IMG/VR virus record: IMGVR_UViG_3300033571_009404
Span: 186,001 to 250,000 of that record
Direction: 5' to 3' (one strand)
Length of the DNA stretch: 64,000 nucleotides
Every line of letters begins with the position of its first letter. Position 1 is the first letter of the stretch. Positions 37,418 to 47,812 of the stretch are shown in pieces. Below the pieces are notes generated by a model. That model was not told the DNA's origin. It did no database searches and saw nothing but the letters and a program-made list of their open reading frames with translations. Position numbers and translations under genes: made by a program.

Positions 37418-38062
37418 ATGGTAGCAATTGTAATGGGCGCTGAAGAGGACTTTAACTCAGTTCTCTATGGCGCTAATAAACACCCCGGTACAGTGGAGTA
37501 TCTGCGCAATCAGGTCTACTCCATGGCACAGAACTTCGGCGGCATGATGAATGATGCTGTGAGTTCTTTTGTTGGTCGTGCTCAAGCAGCATTTGAGGCG
37601 GTCAATGGCGAAGCAGCTATGCGTAGGGCAAGGGCTGCAATTGGTCGAGCATCTGCGGCATTCCAACGGGATGTCATTCGAGGCTTGAACACGCTACAAG
37701 AACTCCAGCAAGCTCCGTTTGTGATGCAGCGATTCATCATGGCTGAACCCATGGTGCGTAATCTGTATCACAAGCAGCGTTGCGATGGTTATTCCGATAC
37801 CTATGTGGATATGTTCCCACAAGACGTCGGTAAGAACCATTATGACTATCGCTTGGTCATGGATGGTCAGGTGACAATCTTCGAGAACGAGGATGGAGAA
37901 GACGATTGGATGGTAACGCATTATCCGGATGATTATCTGGGTACTGATCAAAAGATGCCATCGATCGATCAAGTCCATGTTCGGGATGCGTGGAGGTTGG
38001 CGCGCAACACGATTCGTCGTGGTAAAGACGATCCTGTGTCGGCTCATGGTGGTGTGTTGTAA
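37418..38062 (+). CDS. Conserved phiKZ-like hypothetical protein
   Basis: 214 aa, AAGGAGG SD. Confidence 0.75.
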   Translation: MVAIVMGAEEDFNSVLYGANKHPGTVEYLRNQVYSMAQNFGGMMNDAVSSFVGRAQAAFEAVNGEAAMRRARAAIGRASAAFQRDVIRGLNTLQELQQAPFVMQRFIMAEPMVRNLYHKQRCDGYSDTYVDMFPQDVGKNHYDYRLVMDGQVTIFENEDGEDDWMVTHYPDDYLGTDQKMPSIDQVHVRDAWRLARNTIRRGKDDPVSAHGGVL

Positions 38063-38072
38063 TTAGGATAAT

Positions 38073-38121
38073 GGCTCTACCCTTCGGGGTAGAGCTGTTT
38101 GTCCGTCTGTCTTTTTTTTTT
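38073..38121 (+). terminator. UUCG hairpin plus T-run
   Basis: GGCTCTACCC-TTCG-GGGTAGAGCT, then a long T tract. Confidence 0.75.
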
Positions 38122-38163
38122 GTATTACGGATTGATTCTATGATCAATCAATTAGGATAGCTC

Positions 38164-38592
38164 ATGGATACCTCTATCAATCCATTGCCGACGCTGTCGG
38201 TTAAAGGATACATTTACGATCTGGAAGACCGGTGTGACCGCATGATGTCGTACTTCCTGTCGTCTCAAGAATCTGAGTCGTATCTCTACCAAGGTCGTGT
38301 GATCAGTTTAGAAGGACTGGTTCAGCGTTATGGTGGAGATCCTCAAAACTTCTGCACCCAAATTAAGATGGCATTGACGGAGTTCTTCGGCTATGCATTT
38401 GCTGAAGGCGTGGTGGCTGATGCAAGACATGATGCAACTCGCGGTGTGAATGATACCGCCCGCTACAATGTTTGGATATCAGTGGAGATTACCGAGAAAG
38501 GTAAGTCGTATTCTTTGAATGAACAAATCCTGAAGAAAGACAGTTCATTCCAGCGTGTGGTCAATGCCGTCAACGATGGAAATTTTGACTAA
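38164..38592 (+). CDS. Conserved phiKZ-like hypothetical protein
   Basis: 142 aa; PTLSVKGY pattern typical of the conserved gene in this block. Confidence 0.7.
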   Translation: MDTSINPLPTLSVKGYIYDLEDRCDRMMSYFLSSQESESYLYQGRVISLEGLVQRYGGDPQNFCTQIKMALTEFFGYAFAEGVVADARHDATRGVNDTARYNVWISVEITEKGKSYSLNEQILKKDSSFQRVVNAVNDGNFD

Positions 38593-38630
38593 CGCCTTTA
38601 CTAATATATAGACCACTCAATTCATTCACC

Positions 38631-39122
38631 ATGACCGATCAAACCGACGATGGGATCCCTCCACTCCCAGCTATCTTCAAAGATACAGACAGTGAGGATT
38701 TCAAAGCAGGTGTAATGGAAGGTATTCGTCGCTGTCATGGATTGATTCAATACACGATCGCCAATAGCGATAATGATCATTTGAATGAGATCCGTGAAGA
38801 CATCGCCTATGATCTGTTGAAGTATGCACCTAACTTCCATGCACAGTTCAAGTCTTTGGAAGAAATGCAAAAGGTACATATTGCGATGACCAATGATGCC
38901 GTTGCACGTGCTATTCGGTTAACGCGTAAGCAGGTGTTGCAAGAACTGCAAGAAAAGAGTCACAGTCTTGACGTTATTGTACAGACTGCTCGTGAAGAGT
39001 TGGTTCCGGTGGTTTTATGTTGTTCAGGTGTACCTGCAAAGTCATGTGATAATGATGTATGGAAAGGTAACATCATCGAATTCACCAAGAAGGTCTTTAC
39101 CAAGCTTCTCCCCAAGGAATAA
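38631..39122 (+). CDS. Hypothetical protein
   Basis: 163-aa helical ORF, tightly linked to the next gene. Confidence 0.6.
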   Translation: MTDQTDDGIPPLPAIFKDTDSEDFKAGVMEGIRRCHGLIQYTIANSDNDHLNEIREDIAYDLLKYAPNFHAQFKSLEEMQKVHIAMTNDAVARAIRLTRKQVLQELQEKSHSLDVIVQTAREELVPVVLCCSGVPAKSCDNDVWKGNIIEFTKKVFTKLLPKE

Positions 39123-39124
39123 AC

Positions 39125-39748
39125 ATGGCAGATTACAAACAAGCACAGTACCCGGAAGGGTCGCGTCAACAGCGTGTGTTGACTCGTGCTGATAATGAGA
39201 TCCGCGAAATCATGGGTGCGGTTAAACAAGTCGCAGACCAAGATCACTTCAAGATGCCTGAACAAATGTTCAAGGAAGTCTTCATGCCGCTGTTTGCTGG
39301 CAAAGAAGTGATGGACCCGAAAGTCAACATGGGTCTTTATGTGAACACTGTGGGTAATCCTTTCCGTAAAGTCGATGTGGTCGACCAAACCGAAAAGGTC
39401 CTGTTCACCGTCCCGCCATTGTGCAATCGAGAAACCGTACGGGCTGGTTTCGGTATCGGCGCACAATCTTTCAATGAGATCATGGCTAACCATGGTCTGA
39501 TGTCTCAAGTTAGCCCTGCTCAAGCAGATGGTTACTTGATGAACGAGATTCAGCGCAAGAACATCCTGCAATACGACACAGAAGAGGGTCGTAAGGAAGC
39601 TGCAATCTGGAACGAGATCTTTGCCCGTTATGGCTATGAGATCCCCTTCAAGATATCTGGCATTCCGATGGGAACACACGGCGTAGCAACTCCCACTCCT
39701 GTCACTTCTCTTAGTGACAATGGTTTTGATAACTCTGGCTTTGAATAA
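39125..39748 (+). CDS. Conserved phiKZ-like hypothetical protein
   Basis: 207 aa, AAGGA SD; GNPFRKVDVVD...LFTVPPL pattern. Confidence 0.7.
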   Translation: MADYKQAQYPEGSRQQRVLTRADNEIREIMGAVKQVADQDHFKMPEQMFKEVFMPLFAGKEVMDPKVNMGLYVNTVGNPFRKVDVVDQTEKVLFTVPPLCNRETVRAGFGIGAQSFNEIMANHGLMSQVSPAQADGYLMNEIQRKNILQYDTEEGRKEAAIWNEIFARYGYEIPFKISGIPMGTHGVATPTPVTSLSDNGFDNSGFE

Positions 39749-39763
39749 GGAGCCAAGTCATCT

Positions 39764-40894
39764 ATGGGACCGCCGTTGAAGATCGCAGTAGTATCGGATA
39801 TTCACTTAGGCCACCGTACCACTCCCACTAGCAGCATCATCGAAAACCTAGAAGCCGCGTTTCCTGATAACTCAGAGACAGCGATGCTAGATATCATCTT
39901 CTTAGCTGGAGATGTATTTGATGATCGCCTAAATCTTCCTCAAGAAGATGTGTGGGAGATTGAACTGTGGATAGCGAATTTCCTCAAGCGGTGCAAAAAG
40001 CATCGCATCATGGTTCGTGTTCTTAAAGGCACTTCATCCCACGATTGGGATCAGTCCAAAGCCTTTATGATCATTAACCAGTTAGCAGATATCGGCGCTG
40101 ACCTTAAGTATATAGATGACCTTTCGATCGAGTACATAGAGCAATACGGGATATCCGTGCTCTATGTACCCGATGATCTGGAGGGTGGACCTGATAAAAC
40201 ACTAAGCCGAGTACACAACCTGCTAAAAGCCAATGAGCTTGAACAAGTGGATTACGCAATCATGCACGGTCAGTTTGAATATCAACTACCCGAACATGTC
40301 CACGCACCCAAGCACAATTCTGAAGCCTACATGAAGATCGTTAAGCGTTTGATTTTCATTGGACACGTCCATACGTACTCCAGCTTCATGGATATGATCT
40401 TTGCACAAGGTTCGTTTGATCGCTTAGCCCATGGTCAAGAAGAAGCCAAGGGTCACTTAAGGGCGACTGTTTACGATGATGGTCATTTTGAGATGGTCTT
40501 CAAAGAAACAGTCAATGCCAAGAAATACGTTACGATTGATCTTAATGGCTTAGACACTGACGAGTCTATCCAGAAGATCGACAGCATCGTCAGTGGACTC
40601 CCTGACGATTCATTCGTCCGTGTGTTTGCTAAAGCCGGACATCCGGTCTTAAAGAACACAATTGAACTGGTTAGACGCCATCCTACTCATCACTGGTCTT
40701 CGAAAGAAGATAAGGATAAGAAGGAAGAGGAAGAAGATAAGTTCACGGATGATACCCAGTTTGTGACTGTGAACATTACCCCTGAAAATGTTGGTCCGAT
40801 GTTATTAGATCGCATTGCCAGCCGTGGTGCATCGTCTGCTATTTTGGACGTGTGTGCCAAGATCTTAGATGAGGAGATAGCTAATGCAGTTTAG
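39764..40894 (+). CDS. SbcD/Mre11-like metallophosphoesterase nuclease
   Basis: Calcineurin-like motifs SDIHLG, AGDVFD, GTSSHD, MHGQF and IGHVH in order. Confidence 0.88.
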   Translation: MGPPLKIAVVSDIHLGHRTTPTSSIIENLEAAFPDNSETAMLDIIFLAGDVFDDRLNLPQEDVWEIELWIANFLKRCKKHRIMVRVLKGTSSHDWDQSKAFMIINQLADIGADLKYIDDLSIEYIEQYGISVLYVPDDLEGGPDKTLSRVHNLLKANELEQVDYAIMHGQFEYQLPEHVHAPKHNSEAYMKIVKRLIFIGHVHTYSSFMDMIFAQGSFDRLAHGQEEAKGHLRATVYDDGHFEMVFKETVNAKKYVTIDLNGLDTDESIQKIDSIVSGLPDDSFVRVFAKAGHPVLKNTIELVRRHPTHHWSSKEDKDKKEEEEDKFTDDTQFVTVNITPENVGPMLLDRIASRGASSAILDVCAKILDEEIANAV

Positions 40895-41738
40895 TGATGC
40901 CCTCTCTGAGAGGGAGATCGGTAAGTATCCACTCTCGATTGCTACTTCCCTGGCAATCGAGGGACTTACTGGCATTAATGACAATATCAATGAAGCTCGC
41001 ATCCGTCAGCCTCTGTTACAGAACATCCCAACGCTTTGGGTCAATGTAGCTACGCTGATTCGGAACATGGTCGGCTCAGTTCATAAGAACGAAACACTCT
41101 TATTGAACCCAAACGACATTGTTCCCCTGATCTTTCAGGAGATGATGATCATCAAAGATATCGCAGATCAGCAAACTAACTTTCGTGCTCAGGTGGTTTA
41201 TTTTGTTTCTAAGTACGAAGGTCTAGGTAGACGTTATCCCCATGCATCAATAAGGAGTCCGAACACCGATAAGCAAAAAGCATTACACCACCTTCATGAA
41301 GAAACATTAGCATTAGTCATGAAAAAACAAGTCCATCAGGACTACCACATTCATGCTTACGATTGCAAGATTGTTGCACCCTTGCAGCCTAAGTCATTTA
41401 TCCTGACACACTTCCCCTACGATTTACTGTCAGCGAATGTGTTTCATGAACTACTGTTAATCGAGTCTCACACGGGTAAAGTCAAGTCTCGACCTGCATG
41501 GCACACCAAGTACTATAACGGTAAAACACTTGTACGCATTCCCTTTAGAGAAGATCTGCTGCAAATCTTTGGCGATAGTGAGTTTTTCAGTCCGTTGACA
41601 TCACTGAAGAATCACATCCTGCAAGTCGCTGAACAAGACAATTGGACTTGGTCAACCACTCGGGATAAGATTAAATACTCGATCGACAAAATCAAAGACC
41701 CTTTGGCTTTGGCACAAATCAAGCAGATTATTGTCTAA
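40884..41738 (+). CDS. Conserved phiKZ-like protein, possibly 5'-3' exonuclease/PIN-like
   Basis: 284 aa overlapping the nuclease stop; LWVNVATLIRN, LTHFPYDLL and LLIESHTG motifs; fold assignment is inference. Confidence 0.55.
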   Translation: MQFSDALSEREIGKYPLSIATSLAIEGLTGINDNINEARIRQPLLQNIPTLWVNVATLIRNMVGSVHKNETLLLNPNDIVPLIFQEMMIIKDIADQQTNFRAQVVYFVSKYEGLGRRYPHASIRSPNTDKQKALHHLHEETLALVMKKQVHQDYHIHAYDCKIVAPLQPKSFILTHFPYDLLSANVFHELLLIESHTGKVKSRPAWHTKYYNGKTLVRIPFREDLLQIFGDSEFFSPLTSLKNHILQVAEQDNWTWSTTRDKIKYSIDKIKDPLALAQIKQIIV

Positions 41739-41800
41739 AAATATTGGTCTCTTCTATTCTCTGAAAAGAGGAAGTACTTTCTTAATTAAGGATTTTCATC

Positions 41801-42538
41801 ATGGCAGATTACAACAACGGCGGCCAACAAGAACGTCGTAAGGGAGCTTTGGACAACCGTCGTCTGACGCTGCAAGCACTGGACAAGAACGCAGACGGCA
41901 AGTATTCGTCCTGGGTGTGGGGCTTCCGCAAGAACATGCCGACCATCACGATCTGGACCAATGAAGAAGCTGACAAACAAAGTCAGCACAAGGGTAAGAT
42001 CTCGGCAGAGATGGACATTGCCCTTATCTACTTCCTGTGCGAAGAGATCCTGCGGGCCATCGAAGAACCGGGCGAGTACAAAGCCAGCGTGAACCTGAAG
42101 GGCTTCAAGTTCTTCGGTGCTGGTAAGCGTTCGGATGAACCGATGCTGCTGTCGTCGATCTTCGTGGGCAAGGGTGCTGATGGCGTTATCTGGCTGTCGG
42201 TGACTGCCAAAGATCGTCCGCGCTATCGCTTCGGCTTCGTTCCTCCGGAAGCATTCAATGACTTCGTGGATGGCAATGGCAATCCGGCTGACCGTGGTAA
42301 GGTCTCGCAGATCTACGCTCGTGGCTACGTCAAGCTGCTGCAACAGCTGTACGCAACCTACGCTTACCATGAATTCACTGAACCTCCGCCGAAGAAACAA
42401 GGTGGTGGCGGCTACGGTGGTGGTAACGGCGGTGGCGGTTACAACAATGGTGGTGGCGGTGGTTATGGCGGCGGTAACGGTGGCGGCCAACGTCAGCAAT
42501 CGAACTACTCGGATATGGACAACGACGTTCCGTACTGA
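41801..42538 (+). CDS. chmC: ChmC-like nucleic-acid-binding protein with G/N-rich disordered tail (phiKZ gp67 position)
   Basis: 245 aa, strong codon bias, GGGGYGGGNGGG repeats, acidic end SDMDNDVPY; lies immediately upstream of gp68-like and PicA-like genes. Confidence 0.65.
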   Translation: MADYNNGGQQERRKGALDNRRLTLQALDKNADGKYSSWVWGFRKNMPTITIWTNEEADKQSQHKGKISAEMDIALIYFLCEEILRAIEEPGEYKASVNLKGFKFFGAGKRSDEPMLLSSIFVGKGADGVIWLSVTAKDRPRYRFGFVPPEAFNDFVDGNGNPADRGKVSQIYARGYVKLLQQLYATYAYHEFTEPPPKKQGGGGYGGGNGGGGYNNGGGGGYGGGNGGGQRQQSNYSDMDNDVPY

Positions 42539-42563
42539 TAGCAAGTTAGTGGTGTGGTGAGGA

Positions 42564-42612
42564 AGATGGGTCTACTGATGCTTAGGCTAGGTAGACCCAT
42601 TCTACCTTTTTA
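42564..42612 (+). terminator. Terminator-like hairpin
   Basis: ATGGGTCTAC...GTAGACCCAT followed by a T-rich tract. Confidence 0.65.
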
Positions 42613-42719
42613 TCCCTCAACTCTGGAATAATGGAATTTTTTACAAGTCATTCAAAATAATTAAAAATACATATTACCTATCTGAGCAGTAAATGAGTGT
42701 AGCTTCTGAAAGGAGAAAA

Positions 42720-44381
42720 ATGAAGCTTGAACTACATCCCGATGGCGTCCATGTTATCACATCACATGGTGATGAATCTATCCAGTGGAATGCGCAAGCG
42801 CTGTTGCGTAAGTCCTCTGAAAAGATCGGCACCTATGGCAGTGATGAACGTGAGATGTTCAAGGAAATCAATGACTACTGGGAGTCGCTGAGCCAAGATC
42901 AACAGGCTGAGTTTTTCAATCACTACAAAAAGATCAATCGAACCTTCGAGACGGTCTGGGACGTAGATGATCTCACAGCAACGTTGCAATCGCAAATCGC
43001 CAACATGCTGGCACCCTTTGACGATGTCCGTCCAGAAGGTGACCCGCACTGGCAGCCACCAGGTAACTTGAGAAAGATTGGTCACTGGCTTGAGTTCTAT
43101 GGTCGCATCATCTATCCAGAAGGTCTGGATGAAACCTTCATCGAAGGTGTGGATCACAACAAAACCCGCAACCGCACCTACGACAAGCGCGACTACACCA
43201 ACCTGCTGATCCTTTCCGCTGCGTTTCGCCCGATCTTCCCGATCTGGAGCTTCTACATCCATCGGATCAAAGATGAAGTCAACAACAACTTCAAGGAACT
43301 CAAAGCCTTAAAGCTGCTGTCCAAGTCTGCGGTTTACCATTCTCCAGCTATGGAGAAACTGCGTATTTATCTCGGTGAGATTGGATCGACCGATCAATCC
43401 AGAAAGAAAGCCATCTTCTCCGGGCTGTCTTCACTGGATCTGTCCGAGTGGCTGATGGGTCTGGCAGTGGTGCGACGCTTGTCAACAGCAATCCTCTCCA
43501 CACCAGTAGGTACACCCAGCGTCATTGCATGGGTGCACAACTACATCAGTCAGCGTATCTCTCGCGATGGTGGTTTCTCTATCGGTGAAATCCGTGACAA
43601 GAAACCTGAACGTGAACGTGCTGATTCTGAGCAAAAGCTCTCGGTCTTGGAGCAATTCAAGATCAAGGAAGAAAACCCAGCAGGTGATACGGTCTTTCTG
43701 AGCTATGTACTGCGGCAACAACGGGACCTCCTGCGGTCACTGGAACCCGATTGCCCGTGGACCTTAGTCCGGGAAGCCAATGAATCCCTGCGAGCACTGA
43801 ACCTGGCACAACTGCATGATGGTCAGATTCTCCTGCTCAAAAATGTGCTGAACAATTCGGTACCCCACCAAGGTATCACATCCCAGATCAAGAAAGACAT
43901 CCTCTCGGGTATGGCGGTCGCACAGGCCATCCTGATTCACCGTGGCTATCTTGAACTGGCAGCACTCATGACGGCAGTTGCAATACCTCGCGATGAAGGA
44001 TACATCGTGACGTCGATGGAAACACGCACTCGCATCCCACGAGACATGTTCCAAGAACTCGACCGCTTCTTCCCACATCCTCGTAGGACTGGCGGTCGTA
44101 ATCGCAACAGTCGTCAAAACAATCCGGCCTCGGCAAACATTGACTTCTTGACAGAGAAGCTCTCTGAACATGCCTGGCGATTGACATTGCCGAACAGCTA
44201 TGTGGAGAAGTTGACTGGCTCAGCCGGTGAACGTCACTACACAGTACCCCAGAATATCAAGACCATTCTGGCTAAGTTCACCATTGACAACTGCTACCGG
44301 ATGAAAGCTTTGGTCGAAGCAGCAACAGGGCAGGCTCTCCCTGAACCGCCGTCCCCAGTGGACTATAGCGTATTGAACTGA
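42720..44381 (+). CDS. Non-virion RNA polymerase specificity (sigma-like) subunit (phiKZ gp68-like)
   Basis: ~553 aa from ATG 42720 (AAGGAG SD); TYDKRDY..L..LS...RPIFPIW segment; synteny before PicA. Confidence 0.7.
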   Translation: MKLELHPDGVHVITSHGDESIQWNAQALLRKSSEKIGTYGSDEREMFKEINDYWESLSQDQQAEFFNHYKKINRTFETVWDVDDLTATLQSQIANMLAPFDDVRPEGDPHWQPPGNLRKIGHWLEFYGRIIYPEGLDETFIEGVDHNKTRNRTYDKRDYTNLLILSAAFRPIFPIWSFYIHRIKDEVNNNFKELKALKLLSKSAVYHSPAMEKLRIYLGEIGSTDQSRKKAIFSGLSSLDLSEWLMGLAVVRRLSTAILSTPVGTPSVIAWVHNYISQRISRDGGFSIGEIRDKKPERERADSEQKLSVLEQFKIKEENPAGDTVFLSYVLRQQRDLLRSLEPDCPWTLVREANESLRALNLAQLHDGQILLLKNVLNNSVPHQGITSQIKKDILSGMAVAQAILIHRGYLELAALMTAVAIPRDEGYIVTSMETRTRIPRDMFQELDRFFPHPRRTGGRNRNSRQNNPASANIDFLTEKLSEHAWRLTLPNSYVEKLTGSAGERHYTVPQNIKTILAKFTIDNCYRMKALVEAATGQALPEPPSPVDYSVLN

Positions 44382-44419
44382 GTAAGTGCAAGTCTCACAA
44401 CAACCAAAGGAGTAGTTTT

Positions 44420-46105
44420 ATGTTGGACGATAAATTCATGCAGAATAAGCCTCAGTCTGCTTTCCCGCAGATGCAGGCGCCCAACCCACCCATGCAGGAA
44501 CCGCAGTTCTCTGGCTTTAACCCGATGTCCGGTAGCAGCTTGCTGGATAACCTGCCAGAAGATGCCATGCCGTTCTCCAATCCGAATCAGGGAGCAATCT
44601 CTCCGGTGACGATTGTGCGCATGATCCTGATCGATACCGGTACCTACAACGATCAGTTCCGTCGTTCCTACAACACCGACATGACCCGTAGTTCGATTGA
44701 CACGATCGTTGAACGCATGCAAGGTCAGCCGCACTTCACTGCAGCTGCGTTGGGTGGTGTTGCTGGTTCGTTCCTGCAGCCTTCTCCGACCTGGGAATCG
44801 AAAGTGGGCTTCGGTGAAGACTGGGATCGCCCGCGCTGCCGCTTCGTCATGGAAGTGGAATACACCTTCAACGGTGGTACCCGTGTACGTGAATTCGTCA
44901 CTGGTGGTACTTCTCACGTCGGTGTGGTGCAGAGCATGGGTACTGCTAATCGTCACGGTGCGCTGGATCCCGAGATGAAGTTCAAGATCAACAACATCGT
45001 GCGGGTTCGTGAATCCATGATCCGCACGCCTGTTGGTAACCAGATCAATCGCGTGGTTAACGATGCATCGCACCTGATCAGCAACAACAACTGGAACGGT
45101 GTGTTCAACACGACGCAGCATGAGACTCGCCTGCGTCCTGCCGACACATTCGCTATCATGAGCCGTAGCCATCTGGATCTGGGTGGTGAAGTCTTCGATA
45201 CGCGTTCTTCGTCCCAGCGTACTCCGGTCAAGTCCGATCGCATGAATGGTAACCCTGCAGCCTATCTGACCAAGATGCTGACTGGCTATCGTGATGCAGT
45301 GGCTAACAACCAGCGTGAAGACATGATGGCGTCTGAACTGCTGGGCAAGGCTCGTGCAATGGTGGAGGAGCAATCCGTCAATCGCGATAAGTTCCTGACG
45401 GCTCTGCGCGCTGTTCAACAGGGTGCGATGGTCTCGGACACCTTCACCTGGCGTGACCTGGTCAATCTGCAACCGACGGTCGAACATGTCACCGAAGTGC
45501 GTCTGCTGGCACCAGCTGCTCGTATGAACGCTCACCGCACTGGCCAGACCAAGACCCTGGGTGGTTCGGATAACGTGGATGTGGCACAAGCTATCATCTC
45601 GCAATCCGTCCCGGCTATCATGCTGAACTATGGCATCACCGTGCTGTCGTTCCATGCGACCAACAAGGTTCCTGGCTCCCGTCATGTGGTGGCTATCTCG
45701 AACATGCAAAGCTTGGCCAATGACGATCTGTCTCGCTACGCTGAAACCATCAAGAACGAACTGATCAACTTCGTTCTCAATGATATCTCCTACAACGGTG
45801 ATATGGCATACGAGATGCATGTCAACATGGACGTGCTGGGTCAGACCACGATCTCCATCTCGCTGGATAACGACTATGGCGAATACGCTATCCCGTCGTT
45901 CCTGGACTCGCTGATGGCGCCTGTGGTTACCAGTGACAGCACCCGGTCGGCTACCATCGCCAACGACTTCGAAGTACTCATGACGACTGTCGTGGGCGAT
46001 TACAGCGGAGCCGTAGGCAACAAGGGACACCATTTCGAAACACCACAACAATCGCTGATGGATACCTCCGGCATGAATCGCCCGGTGGAACCATTCCGCA
46101 TGTAA
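44420..46105 (+). CDS. picA: PicA/Imp1-like nuclear import factor (phiKZ gp69-like)
   Basis: 561 aa, AAGGAG SD; DTGTYNDQFRRSY, WDRPRCRF.MEV and RPAD.F motifs; position between the gp68-like and gp70-like genes. Confidence 0.7.
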   Translation: MLDDKFMQNKPQSAFPQMQAPNPPMQEPQFSGFNPMSGSSLLDNLPEDAMPFSNPNQGAISPVTIVRMILIDTGTYNDQFRRSYNTDMTRSSIDTIVERMQGQPHFTAAALGGVAGSFLQPSPTWESKVGFGEDWDRPRCRFVMEVEYTFNGGTRVREFVTGGTSHVGVVQSMGTANRHGALDPEMKFKINNIVRVRESMIRTPVGNQINRVVNDASHLISNNNWNGVFNTTQHETRLRPADTFAIMSRSHLDLGGEVFDTRSSSQRTPVKSDRMNGNPAAYLTKMLTGYRDAVANNQREDMMASELLGKARAMVEEQSVNRDKFLTALRAVQQGAMVSDTFTWRDLVNLQPTVEHVTEVRLLAPAARMNAHRTGQTKTLGGSDNVDVAQAIISQSVPAIMLNYGITVLSFHATNKVPGSRHVVAISNMQSLANDDLSRYAETIKNELINFVLNDISYNGDMAYEMHVNMDVLGQTTISISLDNDYGEYAIPSFLDSLMAPVVTSDSTRSATIANDFEVLMTTVVGDYSGAVGNKGHHFETPQQSLMDTSGMNRPVEPFRM

Positions 46106-46124
46106 CCAAAGGAGTTAAGTAAAC

Positions 46125-47411
46125 ATGTCGAGTGAAAAACTTGAACAAATCTACGCTGCTATTGCAGAATCGGCTGGCTGTGTCGTCGAAGACGGTCTGC
46201 TGACTTCCGTTCTGGGTGGCGAGCGTGATCCAGTCATGATCGATGGCAAACGTGCTGCATTGCCGACCAAGGAGATCTTGGCCAATCCCGATCGCACCAA
46301 CCTGCATGTGATCCACTGGCTGGCGGAACACTTGACACGTGTGACTCCCACTCAGGCGGTCAACAAACTGGTGGGGCTGATGAACTCGCGTCTGGACTAC
46401 TGTCTGGCAATCCTGGCTTACGAACTGCTGCGTGTGGCTGCATCGCCCGCACAGAACAACAAGCTCAACCCGGTGCAAAACGAGTTCCTCTCCAGGGTAC
46501 CCGATGCATCCGAGAAGACTCTGGAGACGCTGTCCAAGTTGTTCGAAGCACCTCCAGTCGACGGTGTGTACAAGACCAACGTGGCCTTCTACATCAAGCG
46601 CAATGGCACCCATAAGGGCGAAAGCTACAAGCGCGTGGCTGTCGTGTCGTTCCCGCTGTACGAGGAACTGCGTGACAACAAGAAGAAGGTGCTGAACGTC
46701 ACCATCAGCGAAAAGGATCGCGTCACGATCATGCGACTGTTCGAGTACATGATCCCTGGCATCGAGACTCCGGACGCCTACAACTACGGATCCAATTCCG
46801 ATGTGGCGCCCATCATGGATGCAGTCGTCCATGGCTTCGCTGGCATCACTGGTTCCATCAATGAACTGGTGTCGACGTTCAAGAACATCCTGAACAACCC
46901 GGATGAGCTGCATATCCGTGATGACTGGATGGACGAGTTCGACGACATGAGCTGGGTGGCCAAGGAAGTACGCAAGATCCCGCGTCAAGGTGCTGCTATC
47001 GATCCGGATGACGAGACCGCACAACCCATGCAAAGTCAAGTCAAGCACAATCCCGCACAGAGCAATCCTCTGCCCTGGGAAAACGCTGGCAACATCCCGG
47101 TACAGCCTGCACAACCTCAGCAGCAAACCACTGGCTACGGTCAGCCTGTGTATGCAGCACCGCAACAACCGCAACAACCGCAAACCGTGGTGAAGACCAC
47201 TGAACGCGGCGGTCTGGACTTTGCAGCACTTGCTCGCAGCCGTCCCGATCAGTTCTCGCAACCCTCCGTGTACAACGGTCCGCAGGCTCTCCAAGCCCAA
47301 CGTCCGTCTTACTACGATAAGCACGGCCATCGCCCGCAAGCTCCCATGACTGGATACCAATCCAATTATTCGGGCTACGGTAACAATGGTCCCCGTCGCT
47401 TCTCCACGTAA
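46125..47411 (+). CDS. Conserved phiKZ-like protein (gp70 position) with Q/P-rich disordered C-terminus
   Basis: 428 aa, AAGGAG SD, strong codon bias. Confidence 0.7.
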   Translation: MSSEKLEQIYAAIAESAGCVVEDGLLTSVLGGERDPVMIDGKRAALPTKEILANPDRTNLHVIHWLAEHLTRVTPTQAVNKLVGLMNSRLDYCLAILAYELLRVAASPAQNNKLNPVQNEFLSRVPDASEKTLETLSKLFEAPPVDGVYKTNVAFYIKRNGTHKGESYKRVAVVSFPLYEELRDNKKKVLNVTISEKDRVTIMRLFEYMIPGIETPDAYNYGSNSDVAPIMDAVVHGFAGITGSINELVSTFKNILNNPDELHIRDDWMDEFDDMSWVAKEVRKIPRQGAAIDPDDETAQPMQSQVKHNPAQSNPLPWENAGNIPVQPAQPQQQTTGYGQPVYAAPQQPQQPQTVVKTTERGGLDFAALARSRPDQFSQPSVYNGPQALQAQRPSYYDKHGHRPQAPMTGYQSNYSGYGNNGPRRFST

Positions 47412-47434
47412 GAAGTACGTGTGAGGGCATAAAG

Positions 47435-47458
47435 CCCCCTAGCCTTCGGGCTAGGGGG
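47435..47458. terminator. UUCG hairpin between convergent genes
   Basis: CCCCCTAGCC-TTCG-GGCTAGGGG preceded by GCATAAAG. Confidence 0.75.
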
Positions 47459-47467
47459 ATCTCCAAC

Positions 47468-47812
47468 TTAATTAATCTTTGTGTTGGTCTGCTTAAATAC
47501 AGACATCAACTGCCGGATGGTCGTTAAACTTGGCAGGATGATCTGTTTCAGATCGTCTAAAGGTTCATCTGGACTCTTCAGACCAGTCACCCGCATGATG
47601 ATCCAGTGCATGTAGTAATCTTTTTGACCAGCATCCATAAGAAGCTGATAGAAGTTACCGTTGTATTTGTAGATCTGAATAGGGTCTACGCCTACAACTG
47701 CTACATTGGGATCAGTACGCAGGATTTGAAGATGATCTTCGATCATCCTTCGGAATGCTGGATCGTAATACGATACATCACCCGAATCGATGGATAAGTT
47801 TGAAACTGTCAT
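47468..47812 (-). CDS. Conserved small phiKZ-like protein
   Basis: 114 aa; YKYNGNFYQLL...HWIIMRV.GL.SP pattern. Confidence 0.65.
   Translation of the reverse strand: MTVSNLSIDSGDVSYYDPAFRRMIEDHLQILRTDPNVAVVGVDPIQIYKYNGNFYQLLMDAGQKDYYMHWIIMRVTGLKSPDEPLDDLKQIILPSLTTIRQLMSVFKQTNTKIN

Noticed and set aside
42400-42490. Short tandem GGTGGCGGT/GGTAACGGC nucleotide repeats
   Set aside because: They simply encode the Gly-rich tail; there are no spacers, so this is not a CRISPR array or VNTR system.
44363-47360. 562-aa and 460-aa antisense ORFs over the PicA-like and gp70-like genes
   Set aside because: Same shadow effect; they fully overlap well-supported + strand genes.
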